A stretch of DNA of 64,000 bases from Armatimonadota bacterium. GTDB taxonomy: Bacteria > Armatimonadota > HRBIN16. Positions 61,821 to 64,000 of this stretch are shown piece by piece. Under the pieces are notes generated by a model. The model was not told the origin of the DNA, ran no database searches, and saw only the letters and a program-made list of their open reading frames with translations. Every line of letters begins with the position of its first letter. Within the stretch, counting starts at the first letter, position 1. The translations under genes and the position numbers were made by a program. The stretch covers positions 96,001 to 160,000 of the forward strand of contig OY781964.1 of the NCBI GenBank assembly GCA_963677485.1, given 5' to 3'.

Positions 61821-62786
61821 CTAGGCGGTTTCGCTGTCCAGGTTCAATGCATCTATCACCGCTTGGAAGTCCTGGGGAGGTGCGGATTCAAACCTCAGCG
61901 GCTCATTCGTGATAGGGTGATCGAAAGCCAGGCTCCAGGCATGCAATGCTTGCCCCTGTAAGCCCCGTAGAGCCGCTCGTATACGTGGGGGCACAGTTTG
62001 CACCCTGTCTTCCGCTCCATACACCGTATCGCCTAAAACTGGATGATGTGCAAAAGCGCAGTGAACTCTCACCTGATGCGTCCGTCCGGTGTGCAGTTTC
62101 GCCTCTAGCAGGCTGCACATGCCCCAGCTCTGCCGCAGCATCAACTCAGTGGTGGCATCTTTGCTGCGAGGCATATCGGGCCTGACCGCCATCTTGGTGG
62201 GATCACCCTGATCGCGCCCCAACGCAGCGTCTACCATGGCGTGGTTCCAGGCAGGGCTTCCCCATACCAGAGCCAGATACCGCCGTTCTACCACCCGGCG
62301 GGAAATCATATCTACGAGCTTGTAGTGCGCCTCATCGGTGCGAGCCACCATGATCAATCCTGTCGTATCCTTGTCCAGCCGATGGACGATACCTGGCCGC
62401 AGCGGCAATCCCACAGAGGACACATGACCATAGTGCCACAGCAGTGCATTCACCAGCGTGCCATTCCAGGAGCCAGGAGCCGGATGGGTCACCATCCCCC
62501 TAGGCTTGAGGATCACCGCTAGATGCTCATCTTCGTAGACAATCTCCAGAGGGATATCCTCAGGAACGGCCGTGCTGGGTAGTGGGTCAGGGCATTCAAA
62601 CTCCAAAACATCACCCTCAACCACCTTGATGCGAGGCTTCACCACCTCACCATTTAACAAAACGCTCTTCGCATCAAACAGCTTCCCCGCCTGCGAGCGG
62701 GTCAAGCCATCGGCCACAGCTGCCACCACCACATCGACACGCTGCCCCTCATATTCGGATCCGATATCAAGCCGTATCCTTTGCAT
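61821..62786 (-). CDS. rluD: RluA/RluD family 23S rRNA pseudouridine synthase
   Basis: S4 domain, KPRGMVTHP, RPGIVHRLDKDTTG, TGRTHQVRVH, QALHA. Confidence 0.9.
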   Translation of the reverse strand: MQRIRLDIGSEYEGQRVDVVVAAVADGLTRSQAGKLFDAKSVLLNGEVVKPRIKVVEGDVLEFECPDPLPSTAVPEDIPLEIVYEDEHLAVILKPRGMVTHPAPGSWNGTLVNALLWHYGHVSSVGLPLRPGIVHRLDKDTTGLIMVARTDEAHYKLVDMISRRVVERRYLALVWGSPAWNHAMVDAALGRDQGDPTKMAVRPDMPRSKDATTELMLRQSWGMCSLLEAKLHTGRTHQVRVHCAFAHHPVLGDTVYGAEDRVQTVPPRIRAALRGLQGQALHAWSLAFDHPITNEPLRFESAPPQDFQAVIDALNLDSETA

Positions 62787-63531
62787 TTTTACTCCCAGTC
62801 CAACGACGGACACACAGATACCCAAAAACCACGACCATTACTATGCTCAGCCACTGAGCTTGTGTCAGATTGTCCCATATGATGACTGCGGAAGCACCTG
62901 CCCGCCAAAACTCTATGATGAACCTGTAGGCTGCATATAGACTTAAGAAGAGGTAAAACAAAACTCCGCTGTTTGGTTTTGTTTTTTGTAGACGCCATAA
63001 CACCGCAGCAATAAGAAAACCAGACAGGCTGCTGTATATCTGGGTCGGAATATGGTAACCATCAACGCCCTCAAAGCGGAAACCCCACTTGGGACTGCAC
63101 ATTGTGCCGAAGCAGCATCCATTCAAGAAACATCCGATCCGGCCGATTCCATACCCCAATGCGAAACCAGGTGCGCAACAGTCTACAAATGAGTAAAATG
63201 AAATTTTCTTCTGCCGGCAAAACAAGGCGACCGCTAAAATAGCACCAGCCAAGGCGCCATGGAAGCTCAATCCGCCTTCCCACACGCGCCACGCACTGGC
63301 GGGAGCGATGGCGAACTCACTGGTCCAGTTCAGAGCCACATACAACAGCCGCGCACCGATCAGTGCCAACAATACACCCAAAGTAACGCAATCGACCACA
63401 GCATCTGGGTCAATACCGTATTGTGGGGCCGCTTTACGGAACATAAGGGTGCTGACCACAATCGCTAGCACGATCATCACGCCATAAGAGTGTATGGTCC
63501 AGGATCCGATATGGAAGAGGTCAGGATGCAT
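62767..63531 (-). CDS. lgt: Prolipoprotein diacylglyceryl transferase
   Basis: SYG, GARLLY, GGLSFHG, GRIGCFLNGCC, PTQIY, RFIIEF. Confidence 0.94.
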   Translation of the reverse strand: MHPDLFHIGSWTIHSYGVMIVLAIVVSTLMFRKAAPQYGIDPDAVVDCVTLGVLLALIGARLLYVALNWTSEFAIAPASAWRVWEGGLSFHGALAGAILAVALFCRQKKISFYSFVDCCAPGFALGYGIGRIGCFLNGCCFGTMCSPKWGFRFEGVDGYHIPTQIYSSLSGFLIAAVLWRLQKTKPNSGVLFYLFLSLYAAYRFIIEFWRAGASAVIIWDNLTQAQWLSIVMVVVFGYLCVRRWTGSKNAKDTA

Positions 63532-63673
63532 CACTCTCTCCTTAATGGCAACTCAAGATGTTGTCTATACGTCAACTCACACCGTGATGTCGCGCCTGAA
63601 TATACGAACAGTGATATGTGGGCGGTCAGCCTGTGAGTAGGCGCCCGCCCATAGTTTCCGGGGAAGCATCTGG

Positions 63674-64000
63674 CTAGCCGATCTTCATCATCTTTCGAAC
63701 ACTCTGCATCGTGTCGTTGGCAACAACCCGTGCGCGCGCCGCCCCATCTTTCAAGATGGCGTCCAGTTCATCAGGATTCGATATCAGCTCATTCCGGCGG
63801 GCTCGCAGCGGCTCAAGTTGAATGTTGATGCGTTCGCAGAGCTGCTTTTTACAGGCCACGCATCCGCGAGTACCGGCGCAGCATTCGCTTTCGACGATAT
63901 CGACATCAGGGCTATAAGCCTGATGCAGTGCAAACACCGTGCAACCTTCAGGATGACCAGGGTCGTCTTTACGTATTTTCAATGGATCGGTGTAGGCGTT
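63674..64000 (-). CDS. trpS: Tryptophan--tRNA ligase, C-terminal part (truncated by window end)
   Basis: YTDP..IRKDDPGHPEGCTVF, GCVACKKQL, ILKDGAARAR..A..TM. Confidence 0.88.
   Translation of the reverse strand, partial: NAYTDPLKIRKDDPGHPEGCTVFALHQAYSPDVDIVESECCAGTRGCVACKKQLCERINIQLEPLRARRNELISNPDELDAILKDGAARARVVANDTMQSVRKMMKIG

Overview
A GC-rich (~55%) bacterial chromosomal window; the gene content is compatible with Armatimonadota or a similar heterotroph, but this is only an impression. It mixes housekeeping genes (amidase/GerMN, purH, glyQS, rsmG, accAD, pheA, csp, prsA-like, rluD-like, lgt, partial trpS) with a large block of carbohydrate-active genes that includes tandem paralog pairs, a Zn/Cd ATPase with its ArsR regulator, a qNor, and an ECF sigma/anti-sigma operon. 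Two RNA-guided mobile systems stand out, both targeting the genome's short palindromic repeats. (1) A head-to-tail group II intron pair at 13419-16008 (minus strand): a full RT-encoding intron fused without a spacer to an ORF-less derivative, inserted exactly at the CCCCTAC end of a GTAG-type REP doublet. The intron's own 3' end mimics that target. (2) An IS110 element at about 41578-43392, inserted into a repeat family, whose upstream non-coding region contains a readable bridge RNA with guides matching the reconstructed target and donor. Its recombinase carries one nonsense mutation. Also notable is an HtrA-like protein in the ECF operon that lacks all three catalytic residues. All alignments were done by eye.
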